The position numbers and the translations under genes were made by a program. This document shows positions 44,407 to 56,067 of a stretch of DNA of 64,000 nucleotides, in pieces. The stretch spans positions 2,046,001-2,110,000 of the forward strand of contig CATNEN010000011.1 of NCBI GenBank assembly GCA_950097015.1, given 5' to 3'. The notes under the pieces were generated by a model. It worked only from the letters and a program-made list of their open reading frames with translations. It was not told the DNA's origin and did not search any database. How positions within the stretch are numbered: position 1 is the first letter of the stretch; every line of letters begins with the position of its first letter. This DNA comes from Macrostomum hystrix (lineage: Eukaryota; Animalia; Platyhelminthes).

Positions 44407-47400
44407 TCACAGCTGGCAAACCGGCAGCATCGGCTCAACCTCGTCTGGCTGTGCTTCGCGCCTAGCCATGTGAGTCATCTGTACGCTGGTGCTGCCAGGA
44501 CCTTGCTTGAAGCTATCACTGTCGGGACTGTCCTCATCGTCGACCGGATTGTTGTGGATGTCAGCAGAAGCGGCGGCTCCGTGTATTTCAACTGCACGCA
44601 GTAGGCCGCTACCGCCACCCTGGACATTGTCGCTACCTTTGCGTAGGCGTCGGGCACCCAGGGCGTCAGCCGGCCTGGCGGAAGTTGCGGCAGCTCCGGC
44701 TGTCCAAGCGCTGCCACCGCCGCCATCAGGACGCAGACGCTGGCAGCAACAGCAGCAGGAGGCCACCACCTGTAGGAAGTGCGCCCTGAAGCGCTTGCTG
44801 ATGATACACAATGTGATCGGGTTGCTGGCTGAATATGCCGACGACAGCAGTTTGGCGATCATCTTGATCCAAACGAATGCTTCGGGGACCTGTGTCAACA
44901 GAAATAAAATAATAGGTTTTCAATTGCTGATCAGTTAACAGCAGAACGACCACGGGGTATTTCAAGTATCCACCGATTTTTCCCCAGAATATTCAACCAA
45001 TCGACTTGAAAATCGATCTGTCCGATGAAACAACTTTCAAAATCACGAAACATTGACATCCTTGAGATATTCAACAATTCTCGTCGGGGTGTCTGGTAGC
45101 AAATGTCCACCAATGCAAGCTAAATCGAGGTCCCTGAGCTCGTAATTTACCTTCTTAGACAGCAAGAAGTGCAGCATGACGATGTATTCCAGCCCCCAGG
45201 CGAGGAAGAACACGGCGGCCAGGCACAGCACCAGCTTGGCGAGCTTCTTCCGGCTCTCAATCTGCGACGCGGCGGACGCGTTGGCGCGCTCCGAGGCAGC
45301 CGCTGCCCGCTCGTGAGCCCGGGCGGTCCGCATCAGCTTGCCAGCCATGAGGCCGTAGAACACGGCTATCAGGGCGCCTGGAAGCAGATAGTAGAGCAGC
45401 AGCTTCAGTATCGCCATGGCGTTCATGTAGACCCGACCCCAGGCTGTCGGGAACGGGAAGCAGTGCTTGATGAGCTGACAACGCTGCCGTTCCACCTTGA
45501 TGTTCGAGCTGATGGCGTACGGGGTAGCCAGAGCAACTGCAGGATGGTGGAAGTTTGGTGGAAGATGGTGGAAGATGGTGCCTTGGAGGTTGGCCATCAA
45601 CAGCGCAAATTGCACGACAAGCCGTCTCCCAGCGGCTGCGCCCCAAATGAATGTGGCCTCGCCGCGGAAACGATCTCAGGGACCTTGGTGCGAGAGACAA
45701 ATGCGATAGACCCCACTGCCCCTCACCCCATAGTATCCCCTTAATGTGGGAGACGGTATGAACGTCGATTATCCAGTTAGCGAGACAATTATTGGCGCCA
45801 GACTTGGTTTTGACAACTTGCTCACCAAAAATACCACGCCCGTAACATACCTGAAAAACCTTTATGACTGGGATCTAGATTAGCAATCATAGTTTACTAC
45901 ACCTGCCCCGATTGGGCCAGCTATTGCGCCGCGCATCTGAGGACTGTGTACAGCTGTTCAGTCCATGGACTGGGCGACGCCACACCCACCCTCAGTTACC
46001 CCTGCTGATGCTGGTACCCACTTAGTTGCTAAGTTAACTACACTGTAAAGCAACGCAGAGTGAAGTGTCTTCTTAAACAACACGAATTGTTTCATTGGTG
46101 TCGGGAATCGAACCCCCGACATTCAATTCGAGACTCCGACGCTTAAATCACTGTGCTACAACCCCTTCAAGGACCTTTGAGACCTCGAGACCTCGATGAC
46201 AACTAGAACATCGAAAAAGACATAAGTCTAGCGATGTAAAAAAAAATTAAATTGGATTCTAAGAGGGTGTCTGCACCAGAACAGAGGGTGTCTGCAAATG
46301 CGTGTTTAATAGTCTCACCTGCTGCAGTCCAGATTGCACCCAAGCCGAGCTTTGAAATTAGTCCGGGTCTCGAAGACTTCAGTTTGGACATTGGACGAGT
46401 GATTGCCAGACACCTGCAGATAACACGTGCCGGAGTTATTTGATTGCTACTGACGAAAGTAGTAATAATGGATTGAAGCTAGAATGTTTTGTTATCAAGA
46501 TATTCTTGGTGCAATTATTCTGCAAATTCACAGCTGTCATTTCTTCCCATAGCGAGTCGAACACTCAATTAGTTGGGAGTCTGTTCTATTCAAATCCTTA
46601 CTAAACTGTCCTAAAATGATGCAGCGACTACCGTAGCAGCCTTCATTGACCTCCCCTGAGCTAGTGTGACGGATCGGTCAAATATTTGCTCTCCTGAGCC
46701 AGAAAGAAATTGTTAGAGATCATCGAACTTCTGACTGCAGGCTGACACACAGGGCCCATGAGAAGTCCTGAGAAGTCCTGAGAATGCGTCATTCGTCTTG
46801 GAAGTTCGCGAGTAAAACTAAATTAGGATGAAAAAATACTGGGGAAGTGAGAGGTCTCATGACAATCTGGCTGTGTGTTTGCCAGAGAAGAGACTTAACT
46901 GAAAACTGAGATCACAGTTTTGGAACCGAAGCGGGGGCCGACCGGACGGATGTTGCTGCTGCTTGCTGGAGTTAATCAGGCGCACGCACTGCCCAATCTT
47001 CGAAGCGAAGGAAGGATACAGTCTTGGAGGGAAGTCATCTTCAACTATCTGGGTCCAGTTGTACGCCTATTTAACCTGATCTTCGCCTAATTTTAAACAT
47101 AAAGCCGAGGGCATGGGTGGGGTAAGCCATTTGAGATTTGAGAAGAAAACCACACTCATTGATCTCTCACAGCTGAGACTAAATCTGCTATTGTGAACTC
47201 ATTCCGAGGCATGATAGACCTCGGCGAGCATCTGCTTTCTGATCCTTACATTTCCTATGCATTGCTTGGTGATTTTCAGAGCGATCTGGAAACAAGTACT
47301 GCTGAGCGCGCGATTGCGACGGATGAAAATGTTTGCGAGTCTTGAGTTGGACAGCCATCACCACAGTGAGAGCCCCTAAAAGGTTCTAAATTACAGAACC

Positions 47401-47909
47401 TTTACATGAATTCATCGTGATTGACATTATAAAGTAGTATCAAATTTCAATTTTCAGTTGGACGCAAAAACTGCAGCAAACAATACTGACCTGTCGATCG
47501 ATAGAGCTACCAGTGTGTAGACAGACACCCCAACAGTAATAATGCGACAGAAGTAGATGACCTTGCAGATGAAGACAGGCAGTTGCACGCCAAATTTGCT
47601 AATGATATCACAGGGAATGAACAGCATCAGGTAGACACAGTCAGCTGCAGCCAAGTTGGTGATGAACAAGTTTGGCGTTGTTCTCAGGCGCTTGTGGCTA
47701 GCAATGATGTAGACGAGAATGAGGTTACCGCTGAGGCCTAGCAGGAACACTGTACACTGCAGGCTGATGTGCGTCAGGTCCATGGCGCCAATCTTGTGCT
47801 GGTAGACTGTGTAGTTTGCGCAGCCCCGCTTGCTGACGTTAGCGAGAACCTCTGTTGGCGAAGATGACGATGCTGCATCCTCGGAGGCTGAGTCCAAACC
47901 GTTTACCAT
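44407..47909 (-). CDS. Class A neuropeptide GPCR, bombesin/GRPR-CCHamide-like, 4 exons (47909-47491, 46413-46319, 45536-45151, 44889-44407), ~460 aa
   Basis: GNLILV, PNLFITNLAAAD, TVGVSVYTLVALSIDR, QIESRKKLAK (as in GRP-receptor ICL3/TM6), NPITL and a C-terminal Cys cluster. Exon phases 2/1/0 are consistent; the total of 1383 nt is divisible by 3. Confidence 0.88.
45570..45700 (-). mobile_element. Copy of a dispersed SINE-like repeat in GPCR intron 2
   Basis: Shares aaattgcacgacaagcc and atgtggcctcgccgcggaa.cga.ctcagggaccttgg with 58700-58815. Confidence 0.6.
45960..46165 (-). mobile_element. tRNA-derived SINE-like sequence (A and B boxes) in GPCR intron 2
   Basis: Minus strand tgtagcacagtgatt (A-box-like) ... 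ggggttcgattccc (B box), without a foldable cloverleaf. The extent of the body is uncertain. Confidence 0.5.
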
Positions 47910-49769
47910 GGCTATTCGGAGCTTCACTTGCAACAAGCTGTTGATAAGACCTGCAGTAATGTCAATGTGAGACTACTGCACTCCGAGTCGCCGCAAATAA
48001 TATTAGATTTCGATTTCAACGAAATGGAAATACGTTGCGATGTACCGAATGACATTGTAAACTAATTTGCTTGGTCCGATAAAAGTTCTTCCTGAAATTG
48101 TGGTAGCACTAGTAACACGTTCCCCCGTATTGAGCATGAAATTCGTATTCTTTGCAATGCTCTGCTCAGGGAATTCGATCACGACGCCTAAATTGATTGC
48201 AAAATTGTCGAGATTCAAAGGATGTACTTTAAAAAAACGTACGTCGCGCAAAGTTCGGTGTATAGTTTCAACTACGCTTTTTTGGAGTTTCTCCGGTATT
48301 TAGAATAATTTCAGCTAAAATCTCTTCAGCAGCCGCAGCACAAGCGAGAGAACACATTTCTGACACGATTTTGATGCGTGCAAAATATTTGCTGATAGTT
48401 TTCCAAAATCTAATAAATCTACCATAGCAGCCGTACTCTGAGGACGCGTGGGGAACACCCAATCGCGACTGCTGCCGCGTTTTGTCTATGGCCGTATCGA
48501 AAATCAAATAGAATAAAGTGAACGGCTACTTATTGACCCTATAGCTCACTCCAGTCTGCTTCTTAGAAATGTCTATGGTCCAAGGAGAGGCCGAAGCAAA
48601 CTTTTGAGCCGCTTATAATCCAATAATTTCTATCTGCAGACAATGCATCTATAAACCAAGGCTGAGAATGAAACGTGTACTAGTTTGTACTTTTAACGTC
48701 GCGATAATGCACACTTTACGAATACTTACCAAAGTTGCTCGTGTCAAGCTTGTTTAAAGTCAGAACTGCAGTTGCAGAGTTAAAGAAAGTGGTATCGATT
48801 GGCGATGTTGCAGTTTCCTATCGCTTTGTAGATAAGCGCCTTGTCATAAGGACTGTTTTGAAAGGCCGCAGCTAGCAAAACCCGGCATACGCGGCGTTCT
48901 ATGGGATTTTATAGCAGGTCGATCCCCACCTCTATCTGTCTCGCCCCTCTGCTATCTCTATAGAAGTCCTCTCCTGGCGTTTCCTATTGGCAGCCAATGG
49001 ATGACATCGCGGAGGTGACAGCACCAATGTGATACCGCCAGTGCCATGCATGAAAGTTTTCAAGCAAAGTAGCTGTAGGCTGTTGAATGAAGAAATAAAT
49101 TAAACAGGCATTTGTTGCCACCCACGCAACTATTTCCCTCGTAAGCGGAACTGCACTTTGCATCGGAAATTTTTTTCCAATTTTTTGTTGAAATAAACAC
49201 AAATATTTACTGTGAAAATGTTCTTTTTACAAATCCAGTTAATTAAACGCAATCATGTCGCGTTAGTCAAACTTAGATTTTGGTTCGCCTCTTGTTATAG
49301 CCAACTCGCCAACTAGCACGGCTTCTGACTTCATCTGCCTGCCTGCCCGCGTTTTTAGGCTGCTAATGGCCTCTTTAATAGATATTAGTCACTGTAAGCC
49401 CAACTCAACGCATGCTTGAGAAGTCTTTGAATGTCTAGGCTATAAGGATTCTCTGTTGATTTGGCACTGAAATCAAATAGCGAAAATCTTCTGGCTCAAA
49501 GGATTAATTTTAATATTGACAGGATTTGTCTAGTTAGTCGACTGTATTAAACATTGTTCGATTCGAGTACCTAATACATTTGTCTGCACAGTGAAATAAG
49601 TAAATTCATTTACCATTTTTTCGAGTGGAAATATACTCGTATTATAGTGCATGATAATAAGTTTACTCTTCAATCCATGAGTAAATGAGCAAATTTATGA
49701 GCAAATTTTCAATATCCTTCAATTTACCTTCGGTAGATTATAGCCAGTCGAATGTGCTTAAGTTCAAAT

Positions 49770-49895
49770 GACTGAGCTCGATTCCGCGGTCAGGGCAGAT
49801 GTACACACCTGTGTGGGCGTATACCTGCGTACGGTATCTGCGTGCGTGTGTGCTCAGGAGTCAGCGAAATGGGCAGAATTGCCTCCTCGCTGACT
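49770..49895 (+). mobile_element. Partial copy of the dispersed SINE-like repeat
   Basis: ctgagctcgattccgcgg plus gtcagggcagatgtacacacct...gtgtgtgctcaggagtcagc.aaatggg.agaattgcct matches the reverse complement of 58560-58640 and 58770-58800. Confidence 0.6.
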
Positions 49896-50639
49896 GCGGG
49901 TCAAGTGATGCGTCATTGTTATTAGTTTTATGAACCAGTTCATTCCTTCAATCAAGAAGCTGTCACTAAATGTAGATCATGTTAAGCAATGTCGGTATTT
50001 CGAATTTCGTTAATAATTTACTGCTCCATTGCTTCCATTAAGTAGATAATGCGGTTAATAAGTATCGATAATATACATACAGCAGTGCCACACTCCAATG
50101 ACTGTGCTAATATATTTGCCTCATTATTTTCCTAATCACGTGCCTTTCATTCTCAGTTCGTTCCATTCTGCGCTGTTTCTTTGAGACTTCGATATGCTAA
50201 TAAACTCATTAGCTCTGCATGCATGGGATCTCCGATTTACAAATGGACGCCGAAATGACACTAAAAAAACAAAACAGACCAATAAGCGTTATACCTGCCA
50301 TGGCAGGCCAATTCTGCCTAGCAATGATCTAGGAAAGCTTACCGAACGTCTGATCACATCGCAACTTTATTGACAAAAATCCATGACTTCCAGTAAAATC
50401 CATGTATTTCCATGACTTCCAGGAATGGAAATACCTGGGCTTCCACATGAACACAAAGGGAACAGTGGACTGCTGTGCTAAAGAACTTTAGATCCTTTAT
50501 TTCTTGGAACAGGGGGCCATGGGACAAAAGTAAACCAAAACACCACAACATACAGAAAAAAAGTATTCAGCACTGAGCTCCACTCTCTAATCGGCAATAC
50601 TTTATCACCCATCACTCTGTCATCCTTGAGTCTTCAGGA

Positions 50640-50920
50640 TGCACTAGATGATCCGTGAGGAATCAGCCGAGAATACACTAGATGATCCGTGAGGAATCAG
50701 CCGAGAATACACTAGATGATCCGTGAGGAATCAGCCGAGAATACACTAGATGATCCGTGAGGAATCAGCCGAGAATACACTAGATGATCCGTGAGGAATC
50801 AGCCCAGAATACACTAGATGATCCGTGAGGAATCAGCCCAGAATACACTAGATGATCCGTGAGGAATCAGCCGAGAATACACTAGATGATCCGTGAGGAA
50901 TCAGCCGAGAATACACTAGT
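50640..50920 (+). repeat. 34-bp minisatellite (actagatgatccgtgaggaatcagccgagaatac), ~8 copies
   Basis: Direct inspection. Confidence 0.93.
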
Positions 50921-51869
50921 CTGTAGTTCAGATCCTTGTGTCTGAAGTTCAGATCCTTGAGTCTGCAGTTCAGATCCTTGAGTCTTTAGGTCGTTGAGAT
51001 TACGGTTTAGGTCCCAGTGATTACAATCATCGAGACATAACACTCTCAACACAAAAATTGGCCTCGCCTTTGGTCGACTAATTAATATAAATGAATGGAG
51101 GCACCAAAAAGCTACAGCTTAGTATATGCATGCGAAACTTGGCCAACTTACATACGTGAGTCAATTAAGCAACAGCAGCAGCAGCAACATCAGCAGCAGC
51201 CATATAACAAGTCATTCCTCAGAGCAGTGAAAAAATATGCACCCGTACGTAGTGGTGCCAACAAGCTTAGTGCTTTCAACTGATGAAATAGCAGAGACAA
51301 TAAAAACGCTGTCACACTGAAGCAACAGCAGCAGCAGTGATGCTTGCCTCGCTCTGAAGCATTTTGTCAATCGGTGGTTGAGAGCCTTTGAGTTGACGGC
51401 TGGCTCTATGCCGCTACTCTGGTAGCAGCCGCAGCAGCAGCAGCAGCAGCAGTAGAAGCAGCAGCAGCAGCAGCAGAAGCATTGGGAGTTAGAATGAAAT
51501 TCAATGCAGGCTGCGAGACAGAAACGTTGAATTTTTTAATCCGCCTAAAACAGCCGACGCATCCCCGTTGTCCACCTCCTCACACCCAGCACTCCCACCT
51601 CCTTGACTCAAAGCGAAACGGTTAATGGAGTGTCTGAATTGAATCCCAGATTGGGATTATTATTATTTTAAGAAGATCAGCTCGAGGCAGTCGCGAAGCG
51701 GGCTGAGCACAAAGCCATCAAAATGCTTCCCTGGTCTCAATCCTTGCAGCTCGATGTCATGCATTTTTTCTATGAGAATCTGATTTTAAATATTTGCCGT
51801 CTGAATGGCATGCCTGATTTATCAAATCAGTTAAAAGCTGAGGAACTGAAAGACACTGAATTTACCATT

Positions 51870-53680
51870 AGTCCGTGAGGAATCAGCCGAGGATACACTA
51901 GATGATCCGTGAGGAATCAGCCGAGGATACACTAGATGATCCGTGAGGAATCAGCCGAGGATGCACTAGATGATCCGTGAGGAATCAGCCGAGGATACAC
52001 TAGATGATCCGTGAGGAATCAGCCGAGGATACACTAGATGATCCGTGAGGAATCGACCGAGGATGCACTAGATGATCCGTGAGGAATCAGCCGAGGATAC
52101 ACTAGATGATCCGTGAGGAATCAGCCGAGGATACACTAGATGATCCGTGAGGAATCAGCCAAGGATGCACTAGATGATCCGTGAGGAATCAGCCGAGGAT
52201 ACACTAGATGATCCGTGAGGAATCAGCCGAGGATACACTAGATGATCCGTGAGGAATCAGCCAAGGATGCACTAGATGATCCGTGAGGAATCAGCCGAGG
52301 ATGCACTAGATGATCCGTGAGGAATCAGCCGAGGATGCACTAGATGATCCGTGAGGAATCAGCCGAGGATGCACTAGATGATCCGTGAGGAATCAGCCGA
52401 GGATACACTAGATGATCCATGAGGAATCAGCCGAGAATACACTAGATGATCCGTGAGGAATCAGCCGAGGATGCACTAGATGATCTGTGAGGAATCGACC
52501 GAGGATACACTAGATGATCCGTGAGGAATCAGCCAAGGATGCACTAGATGATCTGTGAGGAATCGACCGAGGATACACTAGATGATCTGTGAGGAATCGA
52601 CCGAGGATACACTAGATGATCTGTGAGGAATCGACCGAGGATACACTAGATGATCCGTGAGGAATCGACCGAGGATACACTAGATGATCTGTGAGGAATC
52701 GACCGAGGATACACTAGATGATCTGTGAGGAATCGACCGAGGATACACTAGATGATTCATGAGGAATGCGCCGAGGATTCACTAGATGTTCCGTGAGGAA
52801 TCAGCCGAGGATACACTAGATGATCTGTGAGGAATCGACCGAGGATAGACTAGATGATCTGTGAGGAATCGACCGAGGATACACTAGATGATCTGTGAGG
52901 AATCGACCAAGGATACACTAGATGATCTGTGAGGAATCGACCGAGGATTCACTAGATGATCCGTGAGGAATCAGCCGAGAATACAATAGATGATCCGTGA
53001 GGAATCAGCCGAGGATGCACTAGATGATCCGTGAGGAATCAGCCGAGGATTCACTAGATGATCCGTGAGGAATCAGCCGAGGATTCACTAGATGATCCAT
53101 GAGGAATCAGCCGAGGATACACTGGATGATCTGTGAGGAATCGACCGAGGATACACTAGATGATCCGTGAGGAATCAGCCGAGGATGCACTAGATGATCC
53201 GTGAGGAATCAGCCGAGGATACACTAGATGATCCGTGAGGAATCAGCCGAGGATTCACTAGATGATCCGTGAGGAATCAGCCGAGGATGCACTAGATGAT
53301 CCGTGAGGAATCGACCGAGAATACACTAGATGATCCGTGAGGAATCAGCCGAGGATACACTAGATGATCCGTGAGGAATCAGCCGAGGATACACTAGATG
53401 ATCCGTGAGGAATCAGCCGAGGATGCACTAGATGATCCGTGAGGAATCAGCCGAGGATGCACTAGATGATCCGTGAGGAATCAGCCGAGGATTCACTAGA
53501 TGATCCGTGAGGAATCAGCCGAGGATGCACTAGATGATCTGTGAGGAATCAGCCGAGGATACACTAGATGATCCGTGAGGAATCAGCCGAGGATTCACTA
53601 GATGATCCGTGAGGAATCAGCCGAGGATGCACTAGATGATCCGTGAGGAATCAGCCGAGGATGCACTAGATGATCCGTGA
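51870..53680 (+). repeat. 34-bp satellite (actagatgatccgtgaggaatcagccgaggat[a/g/t]c), ~53 copies
   Basis: Direct inspection; same family as 50640-50920. Confidence 0.95.
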
Positions 53681-56067
53681 CGAATTTGTGAGAAAAAAAA
53701 TCGTGAGGAATCCGCCGAGACACATTGGATGATCCCTGACAGATCCGGTAGAAATATGCTCTCTATTGCACTATAAACTGAGTTAGAAAAGCAAGACACT
53801 GAATGATGAATGGGTAATTTTGATGGTATCACTATAAAATTCGCGTCAAGAAAAAAACTGACTACTGTGAGTAGGAATGTATAAATTTTTTAGCTTTTTA
53901 CTTAGGTTCTAGTTAAACTTTGGCGTAAGAATGATTTTAAAGAAACAACAGAGCTTGTAGCCCAGTGGTGGGAGCTTTGTACTTTTGTCCGCGAGGTCGA
54001 GAGTTCGTTTCTCAGTCCAGGGGTCAGCATCGTCTTGCTGGGGTTGAAATTTGGGTGAGTTTGGCAACTAAACTCCGTCCACAGACAATACAGTTGTACA
54101 CAGCTTTGGAAGCGCTGCGCGACAGGTACGAACGCGTCACTTGGCTGTACATCTGGCCCAAAACTATGCCAGGTGTAATTTCTATTGGATTCTAGTTTTT
54201 TTATATAGAATCTATCAATTGTGCAAACCATTCTCGTAGATTCTTATTTTCCTGCGGTAGAATTAAATTCAGCGGAAAAAAATCTGTAAAGGTTCGTAGT
54301 AAGTAAAAACGTGTTGCTCGAGTCACGCGTGCAGCATTGCAACTCTTAACTAATCGCATATTTACGTGTGAGTACAGTACAAAGCTTTGAAAAAAATCTT
54401 GTTTCACACGCACAAGACAAAAAATACAGGCGAAGGAAACGACAGTAAGTAAGAGAATATGGTCAAGAAAAAGAGTTTAGCTGTTGCTCGCCTAAAATTC
54501 TGTCTCCTCTTCATCTTCTCGGGCGTCTCTCTTTAGGCAGCGTCCCTCCTTAGGATTGGATTGGATTGGATCCATAATTTGGTCCATATAATTTACGATA
54601 GCTTTAGTGGGGTGTTGGTCATAGCCTACACTGTACAGTGCTATATTTGGCCTCCGCTCAGAGTGGAAGGGAATCTACACTCTCGCCAGGACAGCAGTCT
54701 TAGATTAGAATGTACATAGACGCTATCGCGGAGGGAGGGGTTGGTCTCTGCAAAGATATGAGAGGATAGAGGGACGAGGGACGAAGCATTCACATGAAGC
54801 TGGATGCTGTACAGGCCGGCTGAAATGTGTAACACTGGCGCACATGTCATGCACCCGAGAAGTATCTTTGAGCGAAAGGCTGCTAACGAGGAAGAAGAAA
54901 ATTTATTGGCAAGAGATGGTCCAGCTGGAAATTATGAGTTTCAAATTTCGATTGCCTCTGAACTGAACAAGATGTTATTGTTACCTGAATCTGAAGTGAC
55001 TGTACAATAACCTCGGTGAGTTATCTATTATCCTTTTCTATTTAATCTTTGCTCACAAAATTCCGTCTTGCTGTCTTTTAGTAAAGATTCTTCATTTCAT
55101 GGCACGCAACAGATAAATCTGTCGCTTCTCTAGGAACCAGCACGCTCCGTTGACAACTAATCCCTTAGCTTAGGATCATGCAATCTCGTTTGCTCTCAAA
55201 TGATAATAGAATCGATTCTTCCCCTGACATAGCCGCATGCATTTCTACCCCATTCCTGATCTCCCATCAATGTCCATCCGTACTGTTTTTCTCCCCTCGC
55301 CATCGATCAGTTAGCTATTTTCCTTCTCCAAACCTTCTCCAAGGAAGAAATGAGATTTTTCTGATCTGAACTCTAGCATGAGTCGCTGTCCTATTGGCTG
55401 GGAAGTCTGGGAACTTCTCCAATAATAAACCTTACAATCAGCCATAAAATTCACCGAGAAATCCCATTTAAAACATGAAGTAATTTTCTCCCATATTTTA
55501 CATCTAAAAATTAGCAGCTTAGCTGTTTCAATTTAACAAAAAACATTCCTGAAAAAGAGACAGTTCGGTTGGTAAGTTAAAAAATGCCAGTGTAATTTAA
55601 AGTAAAATTCGAAGATACGATTCGAGAAATTATGAATTCATACTTTTAAAATCACCTAATTTTGAGGTCAATCAGGTAAATCTAGATTAGAAGTTAGTTG
55701 CAGGTAATATAGTACATGCACTCAGTTGAATGATCAGCTAGTCTGAGCATGCTCTGGGCATAGGCAAGCTCTAATTTTTTTATTACTATCTCCAATTTGA
55801 CCTAAGTGTGTAGATTGTTCGAAATCCAGAATAAACAGGTTTTTCCCAGCGTATGCACTGAATATATGTTCTGATATAATAAGTACAGGCTGTACTGTTT
55901 TGCGTGAATATAAATGTTAGTGAAGTTCGCTCACTATATGTGCCAGTTAAATTACGCAACCTGTATTAAGCAAGTGAAAAATGCCTAAAGATCGATTTCG
56001 TTTTAATCGAGTGCTCACACTATGGGGTGCATCTCCGTTTATAGATGACCGACAGCCTGACCTGAGA

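Noticed and set aside
46094-46165. Possible tRNA gene
   Set aside because: A and B boxes are present but the acceptor and anticodon stems do not pair; treated as a SINE-like head.
53955-54030. tRNA/SINE-like stretch (tagcccagtgg ... gagttcgtttc)
   Set aside because: The B box is weak and no second copy was seen in the window; too little to call.
54804-55016. 68-aa ORF ending near a GTGAG donor, a candidate extra first exon of SLC26
   Set aside because: It stops before the donor and has no family motif; it may be a 5' UTR exon but cannot be supported.
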